Assembly: GCF_006345805.1 (NCBI RefSeq)
Contig: NC_042998.1
Location: forward strand, 87,668,001-87,732,000
Length of the DNA stretch: 64,000 nucleotides
Direction of reading: 5' to 3'
From: Octopus sinensis
Lineage: Eukaryota
The position numbers and the translations under genes were made by a program. Shown here in pieces: positions 1 through 12,731 of this stretch; positions within the stretch are counted from its first letter, which is position 1, and every line of letters starts with the position of its first letter. The notes beneath the pieces are model-generated. The model searched no databases and was not told the origin of the DNA. It worked only from the letters and a program-made list of their open reading frames with translations.

Positions 1-648
1 GTAAAATATACGAAGCCCAATATACCCATCATGACTACCCGTCTGATAAAGGTACACCAGGCACATGCATCACAACCATATGTGCGCGACATGGTGATCT
101 CATATCAAGATAAACAGCACATGACCTTGCAGGTGGAGCCCAGTTTGAATTTTCTTCAGGTTGAGTAGCCCATCCCGCACAAACGGTCCCCGAATAAGGG
201 TTGTTTAAGGATGTTGAAAGAACCACCCATGTTTCCAGAGGTGAACTATTCAAACCCCAAAGCATCCCTCTCAACACATGGCTATGATGCTCCCCCACTA
301 CTTCTGCTCGTGATCAGAGATGCACATATCGTCAGCCACTAAGGGACATGCTCAACTGGTTAAGGTCAAACAACTGACAAGCAAATCTGTGGTATTGAGC
401 AGAATATTTGCTGTAGCCCATCTTTTATACCAAGACAAAACAATGTACATGATAACACTTCCAATCAGTTAAGATCAGAAGCCATGAGAGCCACTGCCTG
501 GTACTGCATCAGGGCATTTATTGAGCAGAATATTTGCTGTAGCCCATCTTTTATACCAAGACAAAACAATGTACATGATAACACTTCCAATCAGTTAAGA
601 TCAGAAGCCATGAGAGCCACTGCCTGGTACTGCATCAGGGCATTTATT
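1..648. mobile_element. ~580-bp non-coding interspersed element (copy 1, truncated by the window start), ends CAGGGCATTT-(ATT)n
   Basis: Homologous in reverse complement to 11481-12175 and 29816-30398. Contains a 126-bp tandem duplication (393-518 / 519-644). No ORF and no tRNA head seen. Confidence 0.85.
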
Positions 649-664
649 ATTATTATCATCATCA

Positions 665-695
<31 letters not shown>
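645..695. repeat. (ATT/ATC)n microsatellite
   Basis: Direct reading of the sequence; lies between the 580-bp element and the Dong 3' end. Confidence 0.95.
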
Positions 696-696
<1 letters not shown>

Positions 697-3600
697 TCCT
701 GCTTTCTTCAAATTTTCTTCCGTTTCTCGCCGAGTGTTTTCCGTACACCTAGGGCGGAGAAGCTCATTTATGCATTCCCACGCAAATTCACAGGTAAAAT
801 ATGTACTTAAAAAAAAATTAAATAAGTTCATGAATGGATGTTGTTAATGAGCGATAATGCTCTTCTGAGTACATGAGCCATTCCAGTTAACACGATTTTT
901 TTGCACTTTCTGTAGGGATGATAAGCTTGGCATCATTTTCACATAGGTTTCAGTACCTTTTTTTATCATGCCTAGATATCCTACAATCACTGGTACTGTA
1001 GTCGCCTTGAGATGCCACATTTTTTCAATTTCTATTAGCAAGACTTTATATTTACTGATCTAGTCAAATTCTTTCGCTGCTATATTGAGATCGCAAGGAA
1101 TACTCATGTCAATTAATAAACACACCTTTTTTGTCTGATAGTTTATAATAACATCCGGTTCATTAGCTTTTTATAGTTTTGTCGGTATGTACGGGGAAGT
1201 CCCACAGAATCGACACATTTTCTCCCTCAGTCACAGCTTCAGGATGGTGTTATACCATTTGTCAGCGGTTTTGGTTTTATAATGCCGACATATTGTCCAA
1301 TGTAAATACTGGCCGACTCTGTCATGTCTTGCTTTATATTCTACAGATGCTAAGACTCTACACTCTGAGATTAGGTGGTCTATAGTTTCAATCTCATCGT
1401 TACAGAATCGGCATTTTGGGTCAGCTCCATTTTTTATCACACTGGCTTGGTAGTTCTGGGTTAATAAGCTTTGGTCTTGAGCAGCTAATATGAAACCTTC
1501 ACTCTCTACTTTTAGCCCTGAGCTTCGTAAACATTGGTGCATGTGTTTCTGGTCGACATCAGCTTGCTTGCTACGGACCACATACTTGCCATGCAGAGGT
1601 TTCTGTGCTCATCTGCTAGCTAATTTTTCATGTGCTTTTGTCTTTGCAATTAACTTTATTTTCTTTGCAGTACCAGTTGGCGCATTTCCTTCTACCTGAT
1701 CAATCTGGTAGGTACCTAAGAGATCAATAGCGAATTTTTTGCACTCTCTTTCAGAATAGAGTGAAGGTTTTTCGGTCTTTCATGTTCTTCAACAAGTTTT
1801 AGCATCCAATCGTTGGTTGCTTCAAGGTATTTGGCCAGTCCGATTGTGGTGGTTTTGTGCGTAAGTTCAACCTGGATCAAACCTCGACCTTCCTGAGCTC
1901 TGGGAGGGTAAAAACAATCCACGTCTGCCTTTGGATGGTGCATCTTATTACAAGTCAGTTGCTTGAAGATTTTTCTGTCAATTTTCATTATTTCACTGGT
2001 ATTCCAGTTAAGCACATTGAAGCTATAAAGAACAACTGGGACTGCTAAGGAATTTATGGCTAACACCTTATTATATGCATTCAGCTCAGACTTCAGGACT
2101 GCTCGAAGTCTTCTATAACATTCCTTCCTAACCTTCTCTTTCATGCTTGCATGCTGGATACCAGAGCCTTTATTTATTCCTAGGTATTTATAGGTTTGTT
2201 CTCGCTCAAGTTCCTTTATTACTGTTTCGACATCTAATTCGATTGAACTTGACTTTACCAATTTCCTTTCTTAAAAGTGGCTTTGGTACACTTTCAAGGC
2301 CAAACTCCATCCCGATATCATCACTGAATCCTTTCACGGTATGTAATAATCCTTCAAGCTCTTCATTATCTTTGCCATATAGTTTAAAATAATCCATATA
2401 AAATAGATGGCTTATTTTCCTGTTGTCAATTTTGTAGCCACACCCTGTTCTACTCAGTTCAATTGAGAGTGGTATTAGTGCTATGCAGAAAATAAGTGGT
2501 GAAAGTGAGTCACCTTGAAAAATGCCACAGTTTATGCTAATATTGTTTGAGCGCAATACTCCATTAGAATGATACAATTGGAGCTTCGTGTTCCATAGTG
2601 GCATATTGTACATTAAAAAATCTGAAATCACAGGAGAAATTTTGAAAATGTCCAGCGATTTCAGAATCCACGAATGTGGTATTCTGTCAAAGGCTTTTTT
2701 ATAATCAATCCATGAAGAGCTGAGATTTCTCCGCTTATTATGGCAATTCTCAAGTATCATGCGATTAATTAGGAGCTGATCTTTGCATCTGTATGAGCCT
2801 CGTCTGAATCCTTTTTGTTCAGTGGGAAAGAGGTTATTCTCTTCCATATGTTTTCTCCACTCGAATAGATGTCAAAATCTTATAGGTTGTAGACAAACAT
2901 GCTATAGGTCGGTAGTTTTTTTGGTCTTTCGTTTCGTTATTTTTGGGGAAGAGGTAAGTAATACCATTTGCCATCCAATGGGGAGTTTTTTCGGGTCTTT
3001 CATAATACTATTAAATAGTATTACTAACATTTTGTGTGCGGACAAGTGTGATGGGAGCCAGAAATTTGATACTCTATCAATACCAGGGGATTTCCGCTTA
3101 TGAGCCTTCGTTAGTGCCCTCCTTAGGTCGGCGATTAAGATGTCTTCCCATACCTGTTCTTGTAGATTTTTGTAGGCATCTTGGGTGCGTTTGATCCAGT
3201 CTGCATTTTCATTGTATGGTTTCACATCACTCGACATCCTTTTCCAAAAGTTTTCAACTTCTTCCATTGGGGGTGGATTTTCAATGGTTATTTTTTCTTT
3301 CCCTATTTCCCTGTAAAATGATTTGGCATTGGATTTGAACATTTTATTTTGCTTGTAGTATTTGATTCTTTTCTCAAATCTGCGTATTCTCTGAACTTTT
3401 GCTTGAACTTTTTGTTTAAGTGTTTCTTTCGCTGACATTAGTTCTTCTCTTGTTGAGAGTCCATATTTTCTCACAATCTTCCAGCCTTTTCTTGATCTTA
3501 CACCATTTTCAGAGATTAGCTCAGTTAATATTGATATCTCCCTTCGTAAGGATTCAATTTCAGTTTCAATTCTACTCTTCTAGTTTGATTTTCTTTTCGA

Positions 3601-4520
3601 ATTTGGTATTGTTTGCTTTTTGGGTGTTAAACAGCGTCTTTCGATTACCTTAGCAACAGAGAAAATAATTTCATTCAACTTATTAGGATCAGGTTTTAGT
3701 TGTATGATTTCTTGTGTAACGCAGTTGTCAATTTTTATTTGTGTTTTATGTTGGTGTGCATCTGAGAGTTTATGGATTGGTTCCCTATCCTTCATATTTG
3801 TATGCCTTGCAACTGAAAGCTCATTCAGAACTTCCTGCTTCATTTCATCGATAGATTTTCTGTGTTATTCAGTAAATATGTGGTCTTCAAATTCTGTTTC
3901 GACATCATTTTCCTGGTTGTGTTTTCTAGGGTCATTATATTTTCCATTTTCTTCAGGCTTTTGAGTGGCTTCGGCAGATGGTCGCCTTTCAGTCAATGCT
4001 TGCGGTCCAACATTCCTCTCCTCTTCTTCGTTATTTCCTTCCTGACTTATATTTAGGTCATTTTCTACCACTTTTTTAATAGAGGTTTATTCTGCATCTA
4101 TGAGTCTGGTATTTCTGAAGATATCTCTTCTAACATTTGCTAATCTGTTTTCATCCAGGTTTGGTCTGCTAGCTGGATTCTGGCTCCTCCAAATTCTGTA
4201 GGAGTTTGCGGTGTTTCTCTTGGGTTGGCCTACTTAATGCAAAGTAATAAGCATATATTACTTCTTTATATTCTTCCCGGTTCTATTTAGTTCTTTTACA
4301 TTTTTGATTTTCTGGTCGTTGTGGTGGTGAACTTTGGGGGCTTAATTTTGAACAAATCCCGTTTAAGTGACCTTCCAGGTTCGTATTCGGGAAGATATTC
4401 TGCCATTCGAAAATTTTTCGCCATCAGGCTGACAGCCACCTGACAGGCGCGCTTCCAGAATAACCATTGGACAAGCGATTCGGTGTACTGTTAGAAAATT
4501 TCTTTTCAAGTAAAGTCAAA
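696..4520 (-). mobile_element. R4/Dong-clade non-LTR retrotransposon (RT + CCHC + RLE), near full length, multiply frameshifted
   Basis: Collinear minus-strand ORF pieces: 2902-3474 (KSPGIDRV); 2206-2847 RT (EQKGFRRGS, WIDYKKAFDRIPH, GIFQGDSLSPL, HLFYMD); 1716-2261 (YKYLG, LHPKADVD); 1231-1581 (CRFC..ETIDHLISEC..RHD); 844-1041 (IEIEKMW..PVIVGYLG). The 3' end joins (AAT)n. The 5' UTR may extend to ~5030. Confidence 0.9.
2206..2847 (-). pseudogene. Reverse transcriptase core of the R4/Dong element
   Basis: RT motifs DYKKAFD, QGDSLSP and YMD(Y)FKLY, where the canonical YMDD is mutated. Confidence 0.9.
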
Positions 4521-5074
4521 TTATTATTAAATTTTCATTTTTTAAATATCTATTTATTTATCGTGAACAGAAGTTTCTGGTACGAAATCACTAGCAGCGG
4601 GCATTATGAGATTGGGAGAAGTTTCTCTCGGATGCTAACGCAGTAGTATTCTATAAAGTATTATACGAGGAGAGGCTAAAATGTTATCCTCGTACTTATA
4701 TACAGGAACCATTGAGTGGTAAAAGTGACAGTGTTTAATGGGGTGTCAGAATTAAACTATAAGTGGTAGCAAGCTTTTCCTAGTGAGAAAAGACACAATA
4801 ATAAATGTTAAAAAACACCACTAGGAAAATTAGCCCCGAAAATGGAATAAAAGTTTTGATACAGCTACAATCCAACAACTTGGAGAAGATTCTGGGCCAA
4901 ATAGACTACTGGAACGATACCTTACTGCACTTATCTGTAGAAGGTAGACTTCCTTAGTGCAACAATTGTGGTTGCACCAAGTCCATAAATAGCATCTACA
5001 CACAACAGAAAACCACTAAAGGAACACTTCCGCTGTTGTAAACATCACAAACGCAGCAACAACAATTGCTACCA

Positions 5075-5700
5075 CGTGATGTGTTAGTCTTGAAGAGATG
5101 CAAAATCAAACGTATGGACGGGCTAACGATACCGACGGGAGAGGTTATGAAGCAGATAGAAGAGACGGGCTATAAGTACTTGGGGATACGGGAAATGGAT
5201 AAATTGATTGAGAAAGAAATGACAGAAAAATTTAAGTGGAGTACTTGCGCAGACTGAGACTATCCTTAACTCGAAATTAAACGGACGGAATAAGATTGAA
5301 GCTATCAACACCTGGGCAGTTTCATTCCTTAGATATGGAGCAGGGGTAATCGCATGGACAGTAGACGAACTAAACAGCTTAGACAGAAAGACAAGGAAGT
5401 TGCTAACTAGATATGGGACACTCCACCCAAAAAGTGACACAGAGAGACTGTATGTACCAAGAAAAAGAGGGAGAAGAGGACTTATTGGATGCGAACACAG
5501 CATTAGAACAGAAGAAAATAACATTGCATGGTATGTAAAAAAATGCCACAGAACCGCTATTATTAGAAGTAAGGAGATCAGGCTTGTGTAGGATGAAAGA
5601 TTGCATAGAAAAAGCACTGTACAAGAAATTGAAAATGAATGAAACTGAAAATAGGTGGGTAAAGAAAAGAATGCATTGTCAATTTCATAAAGATGTAGAA
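5075..5700 (+). mobile_element. Internal fragment of an R4/Dong-type LINE (post-RT region)
   Basis: ORFs 5066-5257 (GYKYLGIRE) and 5400-5591 (LHPKSDTERLYVPRKRGRRGLIG), plus the intervening KLNGRNKIEAINTWAVS motif. Confidence 0.8.
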
Positions 5701-6584
5701 GATTTCGTACCAGCCACTTCTGTTCACGATATCTACCACCCCATTGCTCTTAAAGCCCACATGTCAGAAAGTATTTTCTTCAAACGCTATTAATTCAGCC
5801 ATCTTTTTTTTTTATCCGAGTTAGAGATTTTATGCTGGTGGTCAATTCTTTCCGAATTTCTCCCAGGAGAGCCTTATTGAGTTAATTTTGCAGTTTCTCA
5901 AAGAAACTGGTCTTTGCAGTTCTTTTGCTGCTGTGTATGTTGTAGTTACTGTTGTTGCTACCGGTGGTAGTTACTGCGGCTACGGTGCACGTGGTAGGTG
6001 TAGTGGTGGAAAAAAACATTTTTTTGATCGTGGCTGTGCTGGCGATTGACGTAGTCGTGTTGGTCGTCGTAGTCGTAGTGGAGCTATTTCTGGCAAACAG
6101 AATAGAATATTGAGGCAAGGAGACGGCTTGTCCAGTTGTTTTCGTCGCAATGCCTGATATATTGATGATATTAGTATTGCTGTTGTCATAGTTTCTTTGA
6201 TATTTATCTTCTCTTTTCTCGTTTATGATTGTTGTCTCCAATATTGTGGTAATTGTCATTGCCGCTCTCTCTTGAGACTGGTCGAGCCATGAATTCCTTT
6301 TCGTTAAAAATACAGAATTAGAATTTGTTCCTGGTTTTATAGTTTTTGCTACTGCTTTTGCCGATGGATCTGTTGTTATTGTTGCAGTTGATAGTTGTGA
6401 AGTGGTTGTTGTTGTCGTTGTTCGTGTGACTGTTCAGAGTGGTGTTATTGTTGAAGTACAAGCCGACCCTTTTGAGAGTTGAATTCAGAAAATAGACATA
6501 ACTAAGTAACTTTTTTCCCCACTTCTCATTTTCCTACTAATTATTGTACCTATCATCGTAATGATGAAGATCACGAATAATAAT

Positions 6585-6764
6585 AAAATAATAATAATGA
6601 TAATAATAATAATAATGATAATAATAATAATAATAATAATAATAAATTCTTCCTCTTCTTCTTCTTCTTCTTCTCTTCTTCTTCTCTTCTTTCTTCTTCT
6701 TCTTCTTTTCTTCTTCTTCTTCTTCTTCTTCTTCTCTTCTTTCTTCTTCTTCTTCTTCTTATTC

Positions 6765-6799
<35 letters not shown>

Positions 6800-6971
6800 T
6801 AAGTCGTTCTAATGATGATATGACGGAAATGATCATCGCTACGATTATAGCATGATGTTCTCCTCCTCCTCCTCCTCCTCCTCCTACTACTACTACTCTA
6901 CTACTACTACTACTACTGTTGCTGCTGCTAATGATGATGATGAAGATGATGATGATGATGATGATAATAAC

Positions 6972-7026
<55 letters not shown>

Positions 7027-7045
7027 TTGCTGTTGCTGCTGCTAT
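6585..7045. repeat. Compound trinucleotide microsatellite (AAT)(CTT)(ATT)(CTC)(CTA)(GAT)
   Basis: Direct reading of the sequence. Confidence 0.95.
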
Positions 7046-8004
7046 TGCTGATATGATTATATTTTCTAACTTTACCACACTAAACACAATGTATTATGAT
7101 TGAATTAACACTAATATATCACCAGATTCTATTTTATTGATCTCAGTAGTGAGAAAAAGGAAGTTGATGCCAACGTGAAGGGTAAAAAGTCTAAGTCGAC
7201 TCCAAAGAATTTAAACTGGGGATGCCAAATACAAGAATAGTTATCGCAAATCCAATTCGCAGTTGCACTACTGTTCCCCTCAGTTCACAGCAAATAATTT
7301 TTAGTATAGAGAAGTGTAATCAATAAAATAATCCATGAATCCAATGAATTCACAAATTTTCTCTTTTTCAAATCAAATACGAATGTTTATTTGCTGTGCC
7401 AGACCAATAACTCGGTACCGGTCTCATTTATTTCAAACGGCTCGAAGAGTAAAATAGCTTTTAACAGAAATTTATAACGTATCAGAACATTCCGCTAAAC
7501 ATTACCTACATCATAAGTGTAGATATATCTTGGATAAAATTTTAACTAATATATGTTTATTCCTTTAATATTTCCTGCATTTCTTGATTATTATAAATGT
7601 ATTATTTATATTCTCGAAAATCTTAGCTGTGTATAGCTGCTTTTTAAAAAAAAATTTAGAAAGACATCAGTTACTTGTAAATATAATTCTAACACACTAT
7701 TCGCGTTTAAAAATTTTGTAATATCACAAATATATTATGAATCAAAATGTATCTTATATCGTATCTTGCGTTTACTTAATAAATCAATTGATATAAGAAT
7801 GTAATATAAATGAACTTATAACCAATTAACAAATTAAATGAATCTCCTCAGTAACTGAATAATTTCATTTAATATTAAGTTAAACTTCCTGGAAGTTGTT
7901 TTCTTCAGATTTCTGAACTTGTGACCTTGTCATAATTCATTATTAAAGCAAATGTCAAGACTGCCCTTTTTGTGGCTGATATGGCGCTCTGGAGAACGCA
8001 GCAT

Positions 8005-8310
8005 GCCAGAATGATCAAGAAGTTCACTTTACAATCACTAAATCTCGAGTTCGATATCCCTGCGTGGTATCTTGAATAACTGTCCTTTAAAAGATCCAAG
8101 CGTTGTGAGTAAAATTAGGTTGACGGAAACTATGTGGAAGCCTGTCGGACGGATTATACTGTAATTCAAAAGTACAGTCTTGTTACACTGATTCTACCAG
8201 AGGATTACGTTAATGGTACATGTGTTTGCGGAATACTCAACCACTTATACGCTAATTCAGTGAGCAGAAACTCAGTCGTTCGATGAACCACATACTCATC
8301 GTCGAAACTG
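8005..8310 (+). mobile_element. Old, diverged tRNA-derived SINE
   Basis: B-box-like GAGTTCGATATCCC, then TGCGTGGTATCTTG and TTGTGAGT..GACGGAAACT segments like the SINE at 42838, and a tail like the 10575 SINE. Confidence 0.55.
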
Positions 8311-8904
8311 ACGAAGATATATTAAATTCAGTCTCATATTCTAGCAATGACATTTATTAAATCCTACCAAACATTCATTTAACTTCAGTTGAGCATATCT
8401 GACAAATATATAAAAGCGACTGCAAGTAGGTGTCAGCTAAATAATGTGTTATGAAATAAAACATCTCACATTGTACGACAATATTTACTCATCCCACATC
8501 ACATGTAAATGAGTAACCAAGAAAAAGGTAATAAGTAGACTTTGTAAAATGTCAGATCAGGGACCTTATCATGGGCTGATGAAACCTGCTACTGGTACCA
8601 TGCAGATCAATACTACTTCTTCCATGGTCGAGTGGTCAGTAACTAAACCGGCTTCACCACTTTGAAGAGTAGTTTGCTACTCTTATGAGGAAAGTGACTG
8701 GACACCCAGCAGGACAGAAAATGAGACCTGTCGAACGACGGATTAACTCCTTGTAAGCCAATGGCGATCCAATTGGGGAAGTTCATGGCAAGCCACCTCA
8801 ATATCTCTGTCAAGAAAACACTTTGACAAAATCAGAATGAAATAGGGCTGTGGTTTCTCCCAATGGACAACTCGCACTTATTAATGGGGAATGCTTTCGT
8901 TATG

Positions 8905-9200
8905 GCGTCATCAACACACCGCAAAGCGTACGATACACAACGAAGGCAACAGCAACAGTCTCTAAAGTGATAGGTGTCAGGAAGGGCATAGAGCCATAGA
9001 AACTATGCCAAAACAGATACTGGAGCTTGACACTGTCCACTGGCTCACCAGATCCTGTCAAACCGTCAAGCCCAAGCCAGTATGAAAGACGGACATTAAA
9101 CAATGATGATGAAGGTGATGATAAGGATAGTGATGATGATGAAGGTAATGATAAAGACAATGATGATGATGATGATGAGGAGGAGGAGGATGATGGTATG
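8905..9200 (+). mobile_element. RTE-type LINE/SINE 3' tail with (GAT)n end
   Basis: GGTGTCAGGAAGGGCAT..CCATAGAAAC...ACGGACATTAAACAATGATGATG resembles RTE-related tails and is followed by a degenerate (GAT)n tract. Confidence 0.55.
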
Positions 9201-9674
9201 ACTGTCATGAAATCTCATATATACAAACAACAATTGCAACGTGGAAGGTGTCTATAAGCCGTGCTGCACGGAATTATGTCAGTGATTAGGTCGCAGTCTC
9301 AAAGTGACGAAAATATTTTGGCAAATTAAATTTAAATGTTCAAAAGGATCTAACGGTTTTTGTGTGTTTTTAAATGGCTTATAAACACCTTCCACGCTAC
9401 AACTGTTTTTGTTTCAGCACACGATCTCTGATCAGTTCACTTGCTATGCAAGTACATCTCTGTAATATAAATATATATATAACGAAATTAATAATAACAG
9501 GCTGGTTATACAACACCATAATACACGTGTCGGACACTTATTATGAATAAACTAACTGGAAATAAACATAGAGTTTGCATGTTCAAATTCTTCATACTCC
9601 TTATTCATTGATAGTATATGTATATGTATATGTATGTACGTACCTACGTACTTACGTATGTATGCATATATTCT

Positions 9675-10060
9675 TTTACTCTTTTACTCTTTTACTTGCT
9701 TCAGTCATTTGACTGTGGCCATGCTGGAGCACCGCCTATAGTCGAGCAAATCGACCCCCTAGAATAAGCCAAGTATTTATTCTATCGGTCTCTTTTGCCG
9801 AACCGCTATGTTACGGCGACGTAAACACATCAGCATCGGCTGTCAAGCGATGTTGGGGGAACAAACACAAACACACAAACATATACACACATATATACAT
9901 ATATACAACGGGCTTCTTTCAGTTTCCGTCTACCAAATCCACTCACAAGGCTTTGGTCGACCCGAGGCTATAGTAGAAGACGCTTGCCCAAGATGCCACG
10001 CAGTGGGACTGAACCCGGAACCATGTGGTTGGTAAACAAGCTACTTACTACACAGCCACT
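9675..10060 (-). mobile_element. tRNA-derived CORE-type SINE with internal CA/TA microsatellite (family A)
   Basis: Minus strand reads AGTGGCTGTGTAGTAAG (A box), GGTTCAGTCCC (B box), CTTGGGCAAG (CORE-like) and an (AAAAGAGT)n tail. Sibling copies at 27975 and 42838. Confidence 0.85.
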
Positions 10061-10530
10061 TCTATATACATATATATACGTGACTAACTTTTGGACTGCT
10101 GTTCTGCCTTTTCGTGATCAACAGCCGTATAGGCCAGACACATTTTATTTCTCTCTTCGCCTTTAGGAAATTTTTCAATGCGCCAGCTCAAGTTCACCCG
10201 TCCTGTCGAAAAGACACCTGTCTGTAACGTCCTGTTTTTGTCATTATTATTATCATAATTGTTTTTACGAATTTTTGTATTCTTATCCGTTCCCGTCCTT
10301 GTTCTGTATACATTCGAGGCTTTCTTCCAAGGAATCTAAGGCGCTTGGCTTAGATTTTCCTTTGGGGCTGGCCAGGTCGGAGCAATCTCAAAATTAATCA
10401 GCCGAAATTGCGAAGATGATCTGGTTTTTGACTGAAGATCGAAGGCTTCGAATGTCCCGTCCGTTTTTTTGTATCGTTTTCTAAATGTTTTGCGTTCTTG
10501 TCCCAGTTTGTGTTTTTTAAAATTTATCCT

Positions 10531-10569
<39 letters not shown>

Positions 10570-10574
10570 GTGAG

Positions 10575-10890
10575 GGCGCGTGGCTTAGTGGTTAGGGCAT
10601 TCGGCTCATGATCGTAAGGTTGTGAGTTCGATTCCCGGCGACGCGTTGTGTCCTTGAGCAAGACACTTTATTTCACGTTGCTCCAGTCCACTCAGCTGGC
10701 AAAAATGAGTTGTACTTGTATTTCAAAGGGTCAGCCTTGTCACTCTCTGTGTCACACTGATTATCCCCGAGAACTACGTTAAGGGTACACGTGTCTGTGG
10801 AATGCTCAGCCATTTGCACGTTAATTTCACGAGCAAGCTGTTCCGTTGATCGTATCAGCTGGGCCCTCGTCGTCGTAACCGGCGGAGTCT
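10575..10890 (+). mobile_element. tRNA-derived CORE SINE (family B)
   Basis: TGGCTTAGTGG A box, GAGTTCGATTCCC B box, TTGTGTCCTTGAGCAAGACACTT...CCAGTCCACTCAGCTG CORE segment. Confidence 0.85.
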
Positions 10891-11340
<450 letters not shown>

Positions 11341-11356
11341 GAGGATATATACATAT

Positions 11357-12174
11357 ACAGGGTGGGCCAAAATCCACACACCAATATTTACAATACGCTC
11401 CAGAATTGAAAAAGACTTGCTTCAGTTTTTCTAAAACTGAACAAAATAAAAAAGATAATAATCAATGCATACGTACTTGTACATGATGAAATACCAGGTA
11501 GTGACTTTCATGTTGCCTTGATGTAGTACCAGGCAGTGCCTCCCATGGCTTCTGATCTTTAACTAATCGCAAGTGTTATTATGTGCATGTTTTGTCTTGG
11601 CGTAGAATATGGGCGAAAACAAATATATGCTCAATACCACAAATTTACTTGTCAGTTACTTGACCATAACCAATTGAATATATCCCTTTGTGGCTGATGA
11701 TATGTGCATCTCTGATCACGAGCAGGAGTAGTGGGGTAGTATTGTAGTCATGTGTTGGGAGGAATTATTTGAGGATTTAATAATTCACCCATGGAAACAT
11801 GGGTGTTTCGTTCATCATCCTTAAACAAACCTTATTCAGGGACTTTTTGAGCAGGATGGGCTACTCAACACGAAGAAAATATTCTAACTAGGCCCCACCT
11901 GCAAGGTCATGCACTGTTTAGCTTAACATGAGATCATCATGACGCACACATATAGTTGTGTGTATGTACCTGGTGTACCCTTATCAGACAAATAGTCATG
12001 ATGGGTATACTGAGCTTCGTATATTTGTGCCCCAGCGTCATTTCGTTCGCTCCTACACTAAATGATAATAAGAATAATAACGGAATCTCTAAGGACAATA
12101 AACTGATAACATGCCTTGTGTATAAGATTCTTACATTTGTCCAAATGCAATTCATGTATGCTCTCTCGCTCACC

Positions 12175-12220
<46 letters not shown>

Positions 12221-12268
12221 TAAATGAAACAACAAATGTTTTGGTGTGTAACTTTTGGCCCACCCTTC
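11357..12268. mobile_element. Tc1/mariner-type MITE interrupted by the 580-bp element
   Basis: Left end TACAGGGTGGGCCAAAATCCACACACCAA; right end TTGGTGTGTAACTTTTGGCCCACCCTTCATA is its inverted counterpart; TA flanks. Confidence 0.65.
11481..12175. mobile_element. ~580-bp element, copy 2 (diverged)
   Basis: Reverse-complement homology to 1-648; ends GCTCTCTCGCTCACC-(AAT)n; carries a ~33-bp terminal duplication. Confidence 0.8.
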
Positions 12269-12360
12269 ATACATGCATGCATACATACATACGCACACAC
12301 ACATGCACACATACATACATAATACATACATACATACATACATACATACACATACATACA

Positions 12361-12394
<34 letters not shown>

Positions 12395-12731
12395 CATACA
12401 AATATGTTTATACTATGTGATTTAAATTGAAATCGCACAATGACAAGGAGAATTCGTATTAGAATCCGTGTTTCGATTGGTTCGAATCAAAAGTTGTGTT
12501 GGTTACAGTGCTTATTGAAGGCAAAGCAACAAGTGAGTTTCTTTAGAAACTCTTCTCTTTGTCTTGTTTCGTATATATATCACCGTGATCACCGTGGCCT
12601 ACCAGGCTATCAAATGTTGCTACACATCGCTGGTCACAATGCGCTTCACATTGTTTTATATATATATATACTTAGTTTTTGTATTTAGTTTGCAAGATTC
12701 CTTATGTGAATTCGTGTGTTGAAACAAATTT

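Noticed and set aside
393-644. Direct repeats that could suggest a CRISPR-like array
   Set aside because: Only two adjacent 126-bp units with no spacers, in eukaryotic repeat DNA and with no cas genes.
4520-5030. Possible HDV-like ribozyme in the putative Dong 5' UTR (GGGCTAA on the minus strand)
   Set aside because: Could not assemble the P1/P2/P3 pairings by eye; needs an Infernal or RNAMotif search.
6561-7103. ORFs with poly-I, -S, -F, -L and -D runs (also at 11937-12438, 25355-25867, 27562-27997, 38770-39192, 41468-41878, 61332-61686 and others)
   Set aside because: They are translations of TA/CA/TAA/TATC microsatellites, which lack stops in some frames; no coding evidence.
7909-8104. 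Apparent exon bounded by TTTTCTTCAG and GTGAGT
   Set aside because: All three plus frames contain stops, and the GTGAGT belongs to a SINE motif (TTGTGAGT..GACGGAAAC).
10575-10650. tRNA-like sequences at SINE heads (10575, 11013, 42838)
   Set aside because: They have A/B boxes but run into CORE/SINE bodies and lack a complete cloverleaf; these are SINEs, not tRNA genes.
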